Origin: Lama glama
Taxonomy: Eukaryota
DNA length: 64,000 nt
Assembly: GCA_028534125.1 (NCBI GenBank)
Contig: CM052817.1
Span: 70,248,001-70,312,000, forward strand
Reading direction: 5' to 3'
Shown piece by piece: positions 50,816-62,590 of this stretch. A program made the translations under genes and the position numbers. A model generated the notes under the pieces. That model searched no databases. It was not told the origin of the DNA and saw nothing but the letters and a program-made list of their open reading frames with translations. Each line of letters starts with the position of its first letter. The stretch's first letter is position 1.

Positions 50816-51829
50816 ACATATTGAAGAAAAATATTAACCACATAGGACATATTATAAAACAGCCTGTCCAGAATGATCCCAATTTCCTAGAACTGATACG
50901 TGAGTGTTCACCCGAGGAAAGCCAAGTGTGTGCGTGTGTACCCTCAGAAACGTGGCTTCTCCTTTCTGCTTTTCTGTATTTCTCAAATGCTGTCTTTTAT
51001 AACAAACAGATATTATTTAAATCATTTTTAAAGTTATACTCAGATTAAACAGGAGACCATGAAAGAGAGCAGCGGGAAGAGGCAGGTGAGCTACTCCTGG
51101 GAGAGCAGAGGCTGCTCTTCTTCAGATCAGCATCTTCAGTGTGACTCTGGAGAGAGACAAAGAAGCCCGAACAGGAGCTGAGTCCTTCAGTCTCTGTGAT
51201 GATCATTCTTGAGTCACAGTCAAAGAATAGCCCCATCTTTCATTTTGCTACAGTAAGAAAACTGAGATGAAATGCCGCCAGCACGGCCACACGAGAGGTT
51301 AGCGCGCTAAGCCATCCCGATGTTTCATCTGGGCTGTGCGGTGTTTCAGGGCGACTTGAATGTGAATACCTTTAGGGGAGCCCTCTTCTCTGTTCTGACT
51401 CTCGCGAGCTCCGTTGTGGAGGCATGTATTTGGGATCCATGCTTTAGGTAAAGTGGCCGAAAGGAAGACCTGTGTATAGGCTTAGGAGTTCTGAGATTCA
51501 ATAGGTGAAAAAAGGCAACCGCTCTTTTAATTCAAGGAGGGAAGAAAGGGGAAGTCCTTGTCCCAGTGGGTTAATTTCTGGCTAGAGCCAGCATAAATCC
51601 AGCAGGATCTGTGCATGTCACCCTCTCCCTGAACAGAGCCCAGGGAACTGTGCAGCGCACAGACTGTGCGGCCATATGCAGCAGCTCTGACTCTCCATCT
51701 GTATCGTATTATTAAAATCATGTACTTAATAATGTTGCTTAACGTCCTGTTTTAATAAGGTGTGGTTTTGAGTCATGTCTCAATTCAAAACGCCTCTCAG
51801 TCAACATGACCACTACCATGGCCCCATAA

Positions 51830-52040
51830 TATTTACTGACCATTGGCTACATCCCAGACTCCATGTTTTCTCATTTGTTTCTTATACTGGCCCTAACCAA
51901 AAGTTCTAATGTTATCCCCACGTTACAGAAGAGCAAATAGAGACATGGGGAAGTTGAGTAATTTACCCAAGATCACGCTGTGGGGCAGGGATCTGAATCC
52001 AGCCAGTCTGACTCCAGAGCCTAACTTCTTAACCACCAAC
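51830..52040 (-). mobile_element. MIR SINE
   Basis: 'ttatccccacgttacagaagagcaaatagagac...gttgagtaatttacccaagatcac...gatctgaatccagccagtctgactccagagcc'. Confidence 0.8.
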
Positions 52041-52354
52041 TATATGACTTCTCACAAACTCTGCTTCCTCTCTTCTGCTGTAGACAGTGCAATACCGGCT
52101 TCCAGCTCAGCAGCAGGGAACCCTTTCTGAGGTGCAGTACGCTTATGAAGACACTGAAGTTGACTATTTTGCCTCATTTAGAAATAATTGCTATTTTAAT
52201 CTATATGAGTCACTGATTTTCCTGTATTAATAAATTATTACATATAATTTTGAATATTATCACTAATAACTTCTTCGTTCATTTACTTAAAAGTAACTAT
52301 TTTGTGACCTCTCATTTTTCCTCTGTGCTAATTTGCTTTTCACATTACATTCTT

Positions 52355-52470
52355 TTCTCTTTTTTTAATTTAAGTATAGTTGATTTATAGTATTGTATTA
52401 GTTTCTGGTGTACAGCATAGCGATTCAGTTATACATATATACATACTCTTTTTCATTACAGGTTACTATA
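52355..52470 (-). mobile_element. Young cetartiodactyl-type L1 3' terminal fragment
   Basis: 'ttttttaatttaagtatagttgatttatagtattgtattagtttctggtgtacagcatagcgattcagttatacatatatacatactctttttcattacaggttacta'. Confidence 0.9.
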
Positions 52471-53059
52471 CATTATTTTCTTGACTGTTTTCAATAAATG
52501 CAATATTTCAGCATTTGTCGTGCATGATTTTTTTATGCAGTGGTTTATAGACAGAGGTCAGTGTTTAAAATGTCATATCATCATAGTTGTCTCTTTTGTC
52601 ATAAGCATTGAAGCAGATATTTTTAACAGTTAGGGCTCTGGCAAAACTTTGGCTATTTGGATGCTAATTTATATTAAAATCTATTAGTTGATCTTCCTAT
52701 TGAATCACCTCCTGCAATGGGCAGCATAATCAAATGGATTTGCAAAGAGAATATATTGATGCACAGATGGTTTTTTTGGTCTCTCTCAGGGAAGTCAAGT
52801 GCTTAGGGAAAACTAGAGAATTATAGTATTTGAAGGGAGAAAAAGGAGTTGTGTCCCAGAAAACAGTGTCAAAGCTGTTGGATTTGGTCCCTAAAGCAGC
52901 AAGCCTACAGAGGTTTCCTTGGGTCAGAGTCAAGGGCAAGAATTCCTCTGATGGCTGCATTTATATTCTCTTTCGTGCAGGACAAGTGCTGCTACCAAAA
53001 ATACAGCTTTGCTTCTCAAGCTATCAAAAAATGAAGACCTTTCCTCTCCTCGGTGAACA

Positions 53060-53560
53060 CATCCTCCATGAATGAGCTGAACACATCCCACAACTTCTCG
53101 CAGATCTGCATCTCTGGATGAGGTCTCTCTCCTGAAACCCAGCCCTGTGCCCAGCTGTTCACTGGACACCTTCACTCGAGTGCCTTACTGGAGCCTCAGA
53201 TTCTTCCAACACTAGGCTGGTCATCACCATCTCGCCCCCACCCACGTGACAGTAACAACCACAACAAGCGCAGCCACAAGTCAATCCTACCTCGTGTTTT
53301 TCCCTCTTAAGGCCCGCAAAAGCCAAGCACCCGAATTAGGCCCTTCCTTCAGTCTACAAATACAGCTGATTACCAACTCACAGAGACTCTGTTTCTTCGC
53401 TGTCTCGCACATCCATCCCTGTCTGTCACTCCCAGGCCTGTGTCGTGTGCCTTTCCTTCCTGCGCTGACTGTGGGCACCTCAACAACAGTGTCTAACTTA
53501 CAGCTAAAACATTTCTTAGGTCCCTAATGCCCCTCATCCACATAGTGCCCAACAAAATGT
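53060..53560 (+). mobile_element. L2 LINE body fragment
   Basis: 'cagatctgcatctctgga..aggtctctctcctgaaacccag...cactggacaccttcactcgagtg' and later pyrimidine-rich L2-like segments. Confidence 0.65.
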
Positions 53561-55559
53561 CCGTTTTGGGGAAGAAGAAGAAATTAATGAAATGCTACAG
53601 AGTTAATACTTAGGAAATGTGCTCATTTTGGTCATTTGAATCCAAAGTGGAGAGATTCTGCTTCCTTGTACTGTGACCCTCCCACCTAAAGCTTTATAAG
53701 ACTTCCGGAGCTTTTCTTGGATTCATCTGAAAAAAAATTTCCTTAAACTTTGTGACTCTGTGAAAGTTAAATTTCAAGTATGTGCATTTATTTTTAAAGC
53801 ACTTTAATCATCTGTGCTTCCTGAAAAGGCAATTTTTATCGAACTCTTCAGACTCCAGGCCATTAGGTCTGGAGTTTCTCTAACAACCTCCATCAGCCAG
53901 TTCAGAGGTAGAATTAGGCCCTGATTGCTGTAAGGTATCCATTGTATACACTGAACTAACTGCTAGTACCATCCAGAATGACACTAGCTCGCTGCCATCC
54001 TTGGGAGAACTGAGAATAGAGTCACACACATCATTTTCTATTTTATGGTTCATGAGAGGAACCCCAGTGAAGACAAGCTTCAGGGTCTCAGAAGAGGCCT
54101 TAGAAAAAATTTCTCATAGTCTGACCAGAGGTTGTGATTCTCAGTCTCATCTTTCCCTGATCAGTTCCTCCATTCACCGCCTCCTGCCCCAGAAAGCAAG
54201 AACCCCCAGTAGAAGCCCCACGGGTGGGACGCCAGCAGAGTATTCTGCTTGCTCTTTATCTTCTAAGTCCTCTTTAAACACTCGACCAGTATTTAGCCTC
54301 AGAATTAGAAATTTAGGGAAAATAAAAACCAAAACCCTGCAACCTTTACTTCATTTTGAAACTCTTTTTGCGAGGAACTAGGCTGGCATGAAAAGAACAG
54401 GCGTCATGGAAAGCTGGGTTTTCTTTTGCTTCTCTTTGAGGAGGAATGGTTAAGAACTGTGATGGCAGGCATGAAAGTAAGCCCAGGCCTTTATAACTGG
54501 CCGCCTGTGAAAGACCCTTCCTTGACCTCTGTTCCCTAGGAAGAGGAAGGTTGCTAACAGGAATATTACAAGTTTCCATTGATGAAATGTCTCTCCAACC
54601 AAACCATGTATGATGACAACCAGTGGGTGGAAAAATTTTCCCCAAATCGGGACTGGCTATCCGGCCTCCAGATTACTTCACTGCATGCCGAAAGGTTATC
54701 TGTGAGGAACTAGGAAAGGAAGTGTATTTGAAAACATCACTGGGACTTGTATACAACATCTTAAGGTGTTTGATCCTTTTATGAACTGTTGACAGCTTTT
54801 TGCCATTGAAGTCTATGTGAGAGTTGCCAGCCAAGCAAAAGGAGGAAGTAGGGCCGGCATGCTTGACCAAAGGACCCCTGAGAGCTGCTTAGATCACAGG
54901 ACACGAGACGGAGAGAGGGAATGACCTAGAATTCCAAGAAGAGCTTAGACAGCTGGGTAAGCAGTTTTAACATGACCTATTTTGGCCATCCGAATGTTTC
55001 CCTTTGACTGTGATGTCCTTTTCACGTCCAGAATCCTCTTCGTTCATTCAAGGATCCACGCAAATGGCAATTCCCAGAGCACTCAGAGAGGTCTGTAGTA
55101 GCTGAAGATTATTAATAATCATGCCAGGGCACCGAATCAGTGAATGCACTTAATCAGGCCATCACCAAGCAAACTCACAGATCGTCACAGAACACACTCA
55201 TCTGAGTTTCTTACTGGCCATGACAGTTGCTTCATTGGGATAGTAACTCTGCTGAAGTGTCACATATTTGCTCCTACTCTAGCTAGGCTGTCTTTCCTCG
55301 GCTCCTGGTGGGTCTGTCTGTCTATACTTCACAAAGTTCTAAGTATTTCTGGGAAACGTTACCGATAATGGCTGCTCTCCTATGCTGTCCCTTGCAGGGA
55401 AGGGTTCTGGGTTGCGGCGCCTGCTGGAGACTCAGTCACTGGTATTAGATTAACAAGCCATGAGTGGGAGGCCCTTAGTTTAAAAAAGAATATGTCAGAG
55501 TCATGCTCAGTCCAGACTCTAGTAAATCTAGTGGATACTTATAATTCAGTAATAATGCA

Positions 55560-55950
55560 GAGTTATTAGTATGGAGAAAAAGAATCTTCTCCCAAGCCCT
55601 CGCATCAACCACTCCTACTCGAGCTAATCTTGGTCTCCACCCTCTCCTCACTGCTCCCCTTTCATAGCTAGCTCATCTTTCCAACACAGGTTTTGTGTTT
55701 CTCCTGCAGCTCAGCTCACAGCTCAGACTCTACATAATACCCAGCTCTTTCCCACACCTCTCTCCTTAGCTCCTTCCAAAACTTGACCTTGCATCATCCT
55801 AGTTGTCTGAGTTATGTGCCCATTAGTGATGAGTTCCATATAAATAATGTAAACACACACCTCCTTTCCATTGGTGTCCCTGGTCACTGTTGTCACCACA
55901 CTGTGCCCTTTTACCAGCCAGACCATATCATGGCAGGATAATTCTGTCTG
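55560..55950 (+). mobile_element. Probable decayed L2 body fragment
   Basis: Pyrimidine-rich L2-like sequence ('gatgagttccatataaataat', 'ctcctcactgctcccctttcatagc'). Confidence 0.35.
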
Positions 55951-56606
55951 TGCTATAAATTCTATAATCTTATGAGAATCAATAGCTTAAAAATCATATT
56001 GTAATAGTCATGCCAATGCTATAGATAGCCAACAACAGCACAGTTAATAAATGACTCTTCTAGAAGCTTATAGTCCATCCGACATTCACTATTTGGAGAA
56101 GGGGGTCATGAATTCTTAATTGTCAAGTCTATGTTGCAACCACCTGACCGCATTCAACAGGCATAGGGTTTCTTAGAAAAGCCTGATTTCCTTCCCAAAC
56201 AATCTGCTTTAAAAAAAATTAATTATTTCTTTTGCTTCATTCAATAGGCCTCCAATTACGTTTATTTTTTAAATAAATTTGACTCATTTTCATAAATTGC
56301 TTGATCATTTCTTTCAAGTTAGTAAGGAGTTTCTGTGCTTTGAAGTAGAGTTTTTGGTTTTCTGGTTCCCCTTCAGGATATGACAAACTACTACATTGTC
56401 TCAAGAATTGGGGATAAATTGGTTCAGAGGCCAAACAAGTAGAGCTCAGGGACATGATTTCTAAATAACAATCCCCATGTGAATGCTCCTGCAGCATTTC
56501 CCTTTTACTCATGTTTTTGTGTTGGTCTTTTTGTTGTGGTCTAGACTGGGACCACAATGAAAGAGTAGATCCAGATGTGAAATATATCTTTTGAAACTGA
56601 TGTAGC

Positions 56607-56631
56607 CACACACACACACACACACACACAC
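56607..56631. repeat. (CA)n microsatellite
   Basis: Directly visible. Confidence 0.95.
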
Positions 56632-56829
56632 AAATATATACGTATATGTAGTTAAAGATCCCCGGATAAGAAAAGAAGCAGGGAAGGGACTCTAGCCTTA
56701 CGGATCTAACAATCAAACAGCTTCTTTATGAAAATTCATCTCCTCTATTGCACAAATGATGAGTTTGGCAGATTTTTAGTTTTAAGTTATTGAATTGTGG
56801 ATCTTAATTTCTGTGGTTTGAGAGATAGT

Positions 56830-57030
56830 GTGTAATAGGGGAGAAAAGCAAGAACTTTGAAGTCAACAGATCTGAGCTTGGGCCTGACATTAGCTCTTGA
56901 CCTTGAACTAGTAATTTTCCTTCCCTGAATTTCAGCTTCTCCATAAAGCAGAAATAACAAAATCTACTTGACAGGGTCATTGTACAAAGCACAGCCTGGG
57001 CCCACTTAGAGTGCTCTGCAGCTCATAAGC
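56830..57030 (+). mobile_element. MIR SINE
   Basis: 'aaagcaagaactttgaagtcaacagatctgagctt...tgaccttgaactagt...ctgaatttcagcttctcca'. Confidence 0.7.
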
Positions 57031-57339
57031 AGCTAAGAAGCCTCCTCTGGCCCGTCCCATCCCTAGAGATCACCCCCTGGGCTGTGGCTACTCTTTCTGG
57101 TCAAGGGCACAATGGTGCCCTCTGCCAGTGAGGCAGTGGACCCAAAGGCAGGAAGTTTCGCCACTTTCAGATTTAGCCGGGTTTGTTACTAAGTGTCTCA
57201 ACAACAGAGCAGTCTGTATCCTTATATGATACTCGGCACCCCATGGATGTTTAATTTACAAAAGTGTCAACCAAGCGACTAGACCTAGTGGGTGAGGTGG
57301 GCAATCGATGCACAGTCTCCTACTAGGTTTATAAACTCC

Positions 57340-57450
57340 ATGGGGAGGTACTGTCTATGTTTTACTTACTGCTCTTTCTCTAGAACTTAGCATTGTTCCC
57401 CAGCCAGGGTAGTCAAAGATAAATATTTTGTTGAATGACTGAGTCAGTGA
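57340..57450 (+). mobile_element. L2 3' end
   Basis: 'taaactccatgggg...ctgtctatgttt...tagaacttagcatt...ataaatattttgttgaatgactga'. Confidence 0.7.
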
Positions 57451-58649
57451 GTCCAGCCACAACCTAAGAAGACGGCATGACTTGCTCTTTGACACGTTTT
57501 GCCTATGAAGGAATGAGGAATTCTCTTGAAAATTCATTCCTGCACGTTAGCGTAGGATCCAGGAAGGAGACTGTTGATGGTCTTCTACCCCAAATACGGC
57601 TGGTGTTTTTTTTCCCACTCAGTGTTACTGGGTAGACCAGTGTTTCTATTTTTACTTTGAGGCAAAACATGGGTTACAACCTCTTAGCTTTTTACCTTCT
57701 TTCCAAACCCAATCATCACGACCTCACTTCCTGACTCTAGTTCACGAGGAACAGGAGCAGTAAAAGTTGACTTCAGATGAGACAAATTCTGCGCTGGTCA
57801 CCATCTGAGAACGCTGATTGAAATATCTGGTGTGATGGGAACACTGGTGGTTCTTGGGCTACTGAATGAATGGAGTATTTTCAGTCTTGAACAAGGGACC
57901 CATGTCAGAGGGCACTGGCAAGAACTAATGTTTTCAATGTTCCCGACGGTACCACCAGCCAGGATGGGTGTAACTGAGTCAGAGGCCAGAAGAGCCGGAG
58001 GAAAAGGAAGGAAGTAGGGTGTGTTAGCCACATGACTAAAGTGATAGGGAATATGGTTCTCAAGCAGGAAAAGACGTGTAGGCTGGACAAAAATGTAAAC
58101 ACTGGTGGTGTTTGGAATATTCAGGAGGGCTGGGAATAAAAAGCTCTGTGAGTCTGGTGAAAAGAAAGGCTGGCTTTGATGTGGAGCAGACTTTTCAACT
58201 GTAGCAGGGTTGCCATCTCTTGTGGTTGCCAAAAGCATATTTAAAGGAAAAGTAGGGTGTTTTTTGCTGATGGGTGTCCTGCAGGGGGAGAATCCTAAGT
58301 GTCTTCAAGTTGAAGAAGAAGCCACCATTAAGAATCAAATGGAACCAACAAGTCCGGTCAGCAGCCACCAAATGCTACCAGGCTGTTTTGGCCACCACTC
58401 GACCTCCGGTTTGATGCCTGACACCTTCCCCGACAGCAGATAAAACTGGGAGGTGCCACTCGCCAGTTGAAATGAGGGCAGTTGGTTGGGTTATTCTCAC
58501 TCCTAGAGCTGATCATCCCTTGTGGGGAATAAGGGAAGAAGCACGACCTTGCAGCAAGAAAGCTGGAAAGTTCGGTAGGAAGTCCATTTTGGAGCTCTCT
58601 TCACATCTGCCTGAGCAGGACTGTACTCAGGTGAGTGAACAAGAGAAAA

Positions 58650-59460
58650 GAGCCCAGCCCTGGGATTCAGGGGGCCTGGGTTTTCGTGCGACTCACTCAC
58701 TCACTCACTCCCTTGCCAGCTGTGTGACTTCGGACAGATCATTAGGCCTTTGTGCACCTTGGTTTCCGCCCAGGGGCAGAGCTGGTTAACCAGTATGGGC
58801 TCTTTCCTTCCACGGTTCACAAGTGAGTCATAGGCTAAGTTCCACTCTTGTTTTTTTGTATAACTTTGGGCAAGTTTTGATTCCATCTAGTGTCTCAGTT
58901 TCCCCACCTGTAAAACTGAGTTAATCATACTAGTTTTACGGTATTTTAAGAACTCACAGATGAAAGGTACTATGCAAGTATGAGCTACTATCAAAGCCTT
59001 GAAGGCAATTACAGCTCTTTAACTTTTCAACATCTTGTTGGAGGCTGAAAATGAGTCCCTGGTCGTTTTCACTTGAGTAAGAATTACTTGCTTTTATCTC
59101 GTGACAGCTTTGGTGTGCTGACTCAGATCCAGTCTTCTCACACCGATCTGGGGCTCTTGTCCTCTTCGCTTCCTCTTGTGAACCCTGCCGTCACCAGGCC
59201 CGTCTCCTACAGGGGAGCCCACAGAGCCCTTTCGAGTCAGCATCTGCTGCTCCAGAGGCCTGGCTTCTAGCTCTGGCTCTTCCACTAACAACCTGTGTGA
59301 CCCTGAGCAAGTATGTCACCTGTTTGAGCCCTGGTGTCATAGTCTTCAAACGACAAGGAGGTCCCTTCGGTGGTAACTCCTAGTGCCAAAGTGTAACTTT
59401 AGAAAATGCTTAAGGAAATGGAGAAAAGGATGAGGTGCAAATAATATATGTGAAGTGCTC
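58650..59460 (+). mobile_element. Cluster of three MIR fragments
   Basis: 'agctgtgtgacttcggacagatc' (~58720), 'gtctcagtttccccacctgtaaaa' (~58890) and 'cctggcttctagctctggctcttccactaac..ctgtgtgaccctgagcaagt' (~59260). Confidence 0.75.
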
Positions 59461-60739
59461 AATCCTATAACCCCATCAGAGCTGAATTTACAATAACCAA
59501 AACTGTGGTGCTTAAAGTAACTTACTATACAGTTCTTTGTGGCAGTGTTAAAGTGTTACTTGCTAAAATAGTATCAGTGTGTCGCCCTGTTGATTGTATT
59601 TGTGTGATTCAGATCCCATCTATGAGACTACGCGCTGCTCTGACTGTAGAAGTGGAATGAGGAGGAAAAAGGGAATTGAAGTCTTGGGATTTATACATGG
59701 CATCCTGCAGTTTGGATTCAGGCTTACTTGTATTTAAAGCAAATAAGTTGTACTTAAAATGGAAAACAACCTTGTTGATCTTTGAATATCTGTGGTGGAG
59801 AGGTGCTGTGGTCGGTTTTCTCTCTGAGGAGCCATCCCCACCCGCATCTGTAGAGTTGGTCTGAGGTCTCAGCCACTCACTGGCTTTTGTGTCTTTCACA
59901 AGTTCTGCCATGTACCAGACACAGGCTCGGCGGTTTCCTCTGGGTTTTCTAGAGTTGTTCTTACTAGTGAGGCAGAAAGACCTCTCTTTCCAGCTACATT
60001 TCTGGCCGCAGATTGGAGTTTTTTGTATGTGGTTTCCTCCCCTTGCCGTTAGATTAAGGGCCCCTATGTTGTCTCTATACTTGCTGGAGGGGTTGAACGA
60101 CTCCCCCAAAACCTGCACCCCCAGTTTCCACTCAATAGGGAGCCACGGCTGCTCTGGGCTGGATCTGCACCTTCAGATACAATGCACTGCTCAGCAATCT
60201 CTCCAGGGTTGATCAGAAAATCTCTGTGATGCCAGCCAGTTTTCAGAGGTATCCGCCAGCATTGCTCCTCCCTCCCCTCTCGCTCTGCTCCTCTGTGGAG
60301 ACCAACAGTATGAGAAAAAGGCCTCACAGCCTCTTGATCTAGTGACAGATCCTACGTGACAGAGGACACCCTCACCCCTGAATTTCATTCTAGAAGTTCT
60401 ATCCAGTGACTAAGTAATTTGTTTGATGTTTTCTTCTTGATTGATTTCCTCTTTTGGAAAAATCCAGATACTGAGGAAGGTCTCAGATGTTCTTACAGAG
60501 AAAGAGGTTTCTTTGGTTCATGATGAAAGGTAGCCATCTCTTAAAACTCAGTGCTTAAAAGCTGAAATCACAGTGCTTCACAGCATCCATGTAAGTCTGT
60601 CACTTGGTTGCACCTCCTTAAGAGTAAAAGCTCAGAGGATGTGGAGAGTTGTCAAGCTGTTGGAGTCATAAAAGCTATTTTGACTTAATGTAACTGAATT
60701 GGAATGTAGCATATTGGCAGTTGGGGGAAGGTGGAGAAT

Positions 60740-61610
60740 TGTACTGCTTAGGGCCCTTTTGCTTGCGACAGAAACTCCAAACTTACATGACTTACATTCT
60801 AAGTGGAGTAAGCCAGAAAGAGAAAGAAAAATGCCCTATGATATCACTTATATGTGGAATCTAAAAATAAAAGGACACAAATGAACTAATTATTTATAGC
60901 TTAGATGATTGATTTCTTGAATATGTGTAAGCACATTCGACTGTCCTTTATGATTGGATTACCGCATTCTGTTGATTCTTATTTTGTGGTTGGCTTTATT
61001 CCTTTGATAACTGAGTTTAAAAAGCTAAAACTCTAAACTGTTCTTAGAAACAATGAACAGTACACATACGTAAATTTTTTTTAAAAATGTGCAAACTTAC
61101 ATGACTTAAGCAAAGAAGTGGTCATGATAGACTCTGGTAACCAAATCTCAGGATGGTAATCATGGAGCGGACCTCGGTGTCAACTGATCCAGGACTTGAG
61201 TACTGTCAGGAATCTGTCTTCTACTGCCCTCCTCTCATCCTGGCCTCTTCCTCAGGCCTGGCCTCTTGCTCACCAGCTCCCTCACATGCTAGGGGATAGG
61301 AGGACAGGCAGATCTGGGGCCACATCCTTATGGCTAGTGTTCCAAAGGGGAAAGAGAAACATCCCTGCCAGCTGCTACATGGACAGGCTCAGAGACAGGC
61401 TTGGGTTGGCTCTCCTTGGGTCACGTGCTCACCGCTGGCTCAGCCCTGTGGTCGGGTGGGCGAAGTGCTCTGAGCAGCTGCAACAGCAGAACCACGGGAC
61501 AAGTGGCTGTTGGGGTGGAGGGAGAGGCAGGCAGTTTACCTCAGCAAAAGTGGGGTCACGTGCTGTTACTGATGGAAGGAGGAAAGGGTTCTGGAAAGCC
61601 CAAAACATCA
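60740..61610 (-). mobile_element. ERVL-MaLR LTR (MLT1J/K-like) interrupted by a 297-bp insertion
   Basis: Removing the insert and one duplicate copy restores 'gcttgcgacagaaactccaaacttacatgacttaagcaaagaag'. Downstream 'ttggctctccttgggtcacgtgctcacc' is typical of MLT1J/K. Confidence 0.7.
60795..60897 (+). mobile_element. Young L1 fragment (ORF2 end / start of 3' UTR)
   Basis: 'cattctaagtggagtaagccagaaagagaaagaaaaatgccctatgatatcacttatatgtggaatctaaaaataaaaggacacaaatgaact'. Confidence 0.85.
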
Positions 61611-62359
61611 GTTACACAGAGAAGCAAGCCTGGTTCACGATCTTGCTGTGAACCACAGAATCACGGAGCTTTGAAATGTCTGCATCCGTAGTAACCATCT
61701 GGTTCCATCCTCCAAGTGTGGACACTGAGTTGCAGATAGGTCTAATGATCGGCCTGAGGCTACAAACAACTGATACCCACTATTTAGGGTCAAGGACTGT
61801 TTGCTGTGGTCCTCTATGGCATGAGCTAATTTCCAGCTAAACATTTCATCTAAAATGTATACTTGGTAGATTTGAGTTCCTACCAAAAACTCAAGAAGTC
61901 ATGGAAGTGAAAAGCAGACACTACGGCAGTTAGCATTTGTTGCCTCACCGGTGGAGAGATGGCTATCACCTGGCAGCAGGAATGACTTAGCTCGTAGAAT
62001 CTCCAACTCCTGATTCTGAAAACAAAATGGAAATATGGGTGAATCATTTAGAAAAAGTAAGCGGAGGTATTTAAATTATGTAATAATGAAAACTCTTTAT
62101 TAACACTGATATTTCCTATTCCCTCAGTAACTTAGATTCATTTCATAGTTAGCCTTTATGTGATATAATTGAAAAGCAAATGTTTCTAGTAAATAATTAT
62201 GTTTGCAAGTTGTATTTTCTGTGTGTTTTTTTTTAAACAAGATTATTTCTAACCCATGGGCTATGTCTTTACAAATGTGTTTCACGTGATTTATTTGGTT
62301 TTATCAAATAAGCTAAAATGTTGAGTACTTATGGTTTTCAGATTCTAAAGGTCTTGCAT

Positions 62360-62590
62360 TTAATATCAGAAATTCAGGCTCATTATTGGAATATTTTGAG
62401 CCAGACAGAACTTTAAATTCTAAATTTGAATTCTGGATTTGCCCCGTATTAGTTCTGTGACCTTGGGCAACAGTATTGTTTTTGTCTATATTGGAGACAT
62501 AGTAATAGCTATTTCTTAGGATCAATGGAGAACTCAGTGAGATCAGTAACGAAAAGGTGCCTTTTATGTACTAGGCCTCAATACGGGTTC
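62360..62590 (+). mobile_element. MIR SINE
   Basis: 'ttgagccagacagaac...tttgaattctgg...tattagttctgtgaccttgggcaa...taggcctcaata'. Confidence 0.7.

Noticed and set aside
59609..60118. 169-aa ORF on the - strand
   Set aside because: No recognisable domain or exon boundaries. It cannot be supported without a BLASTP or PhyloCSF result.
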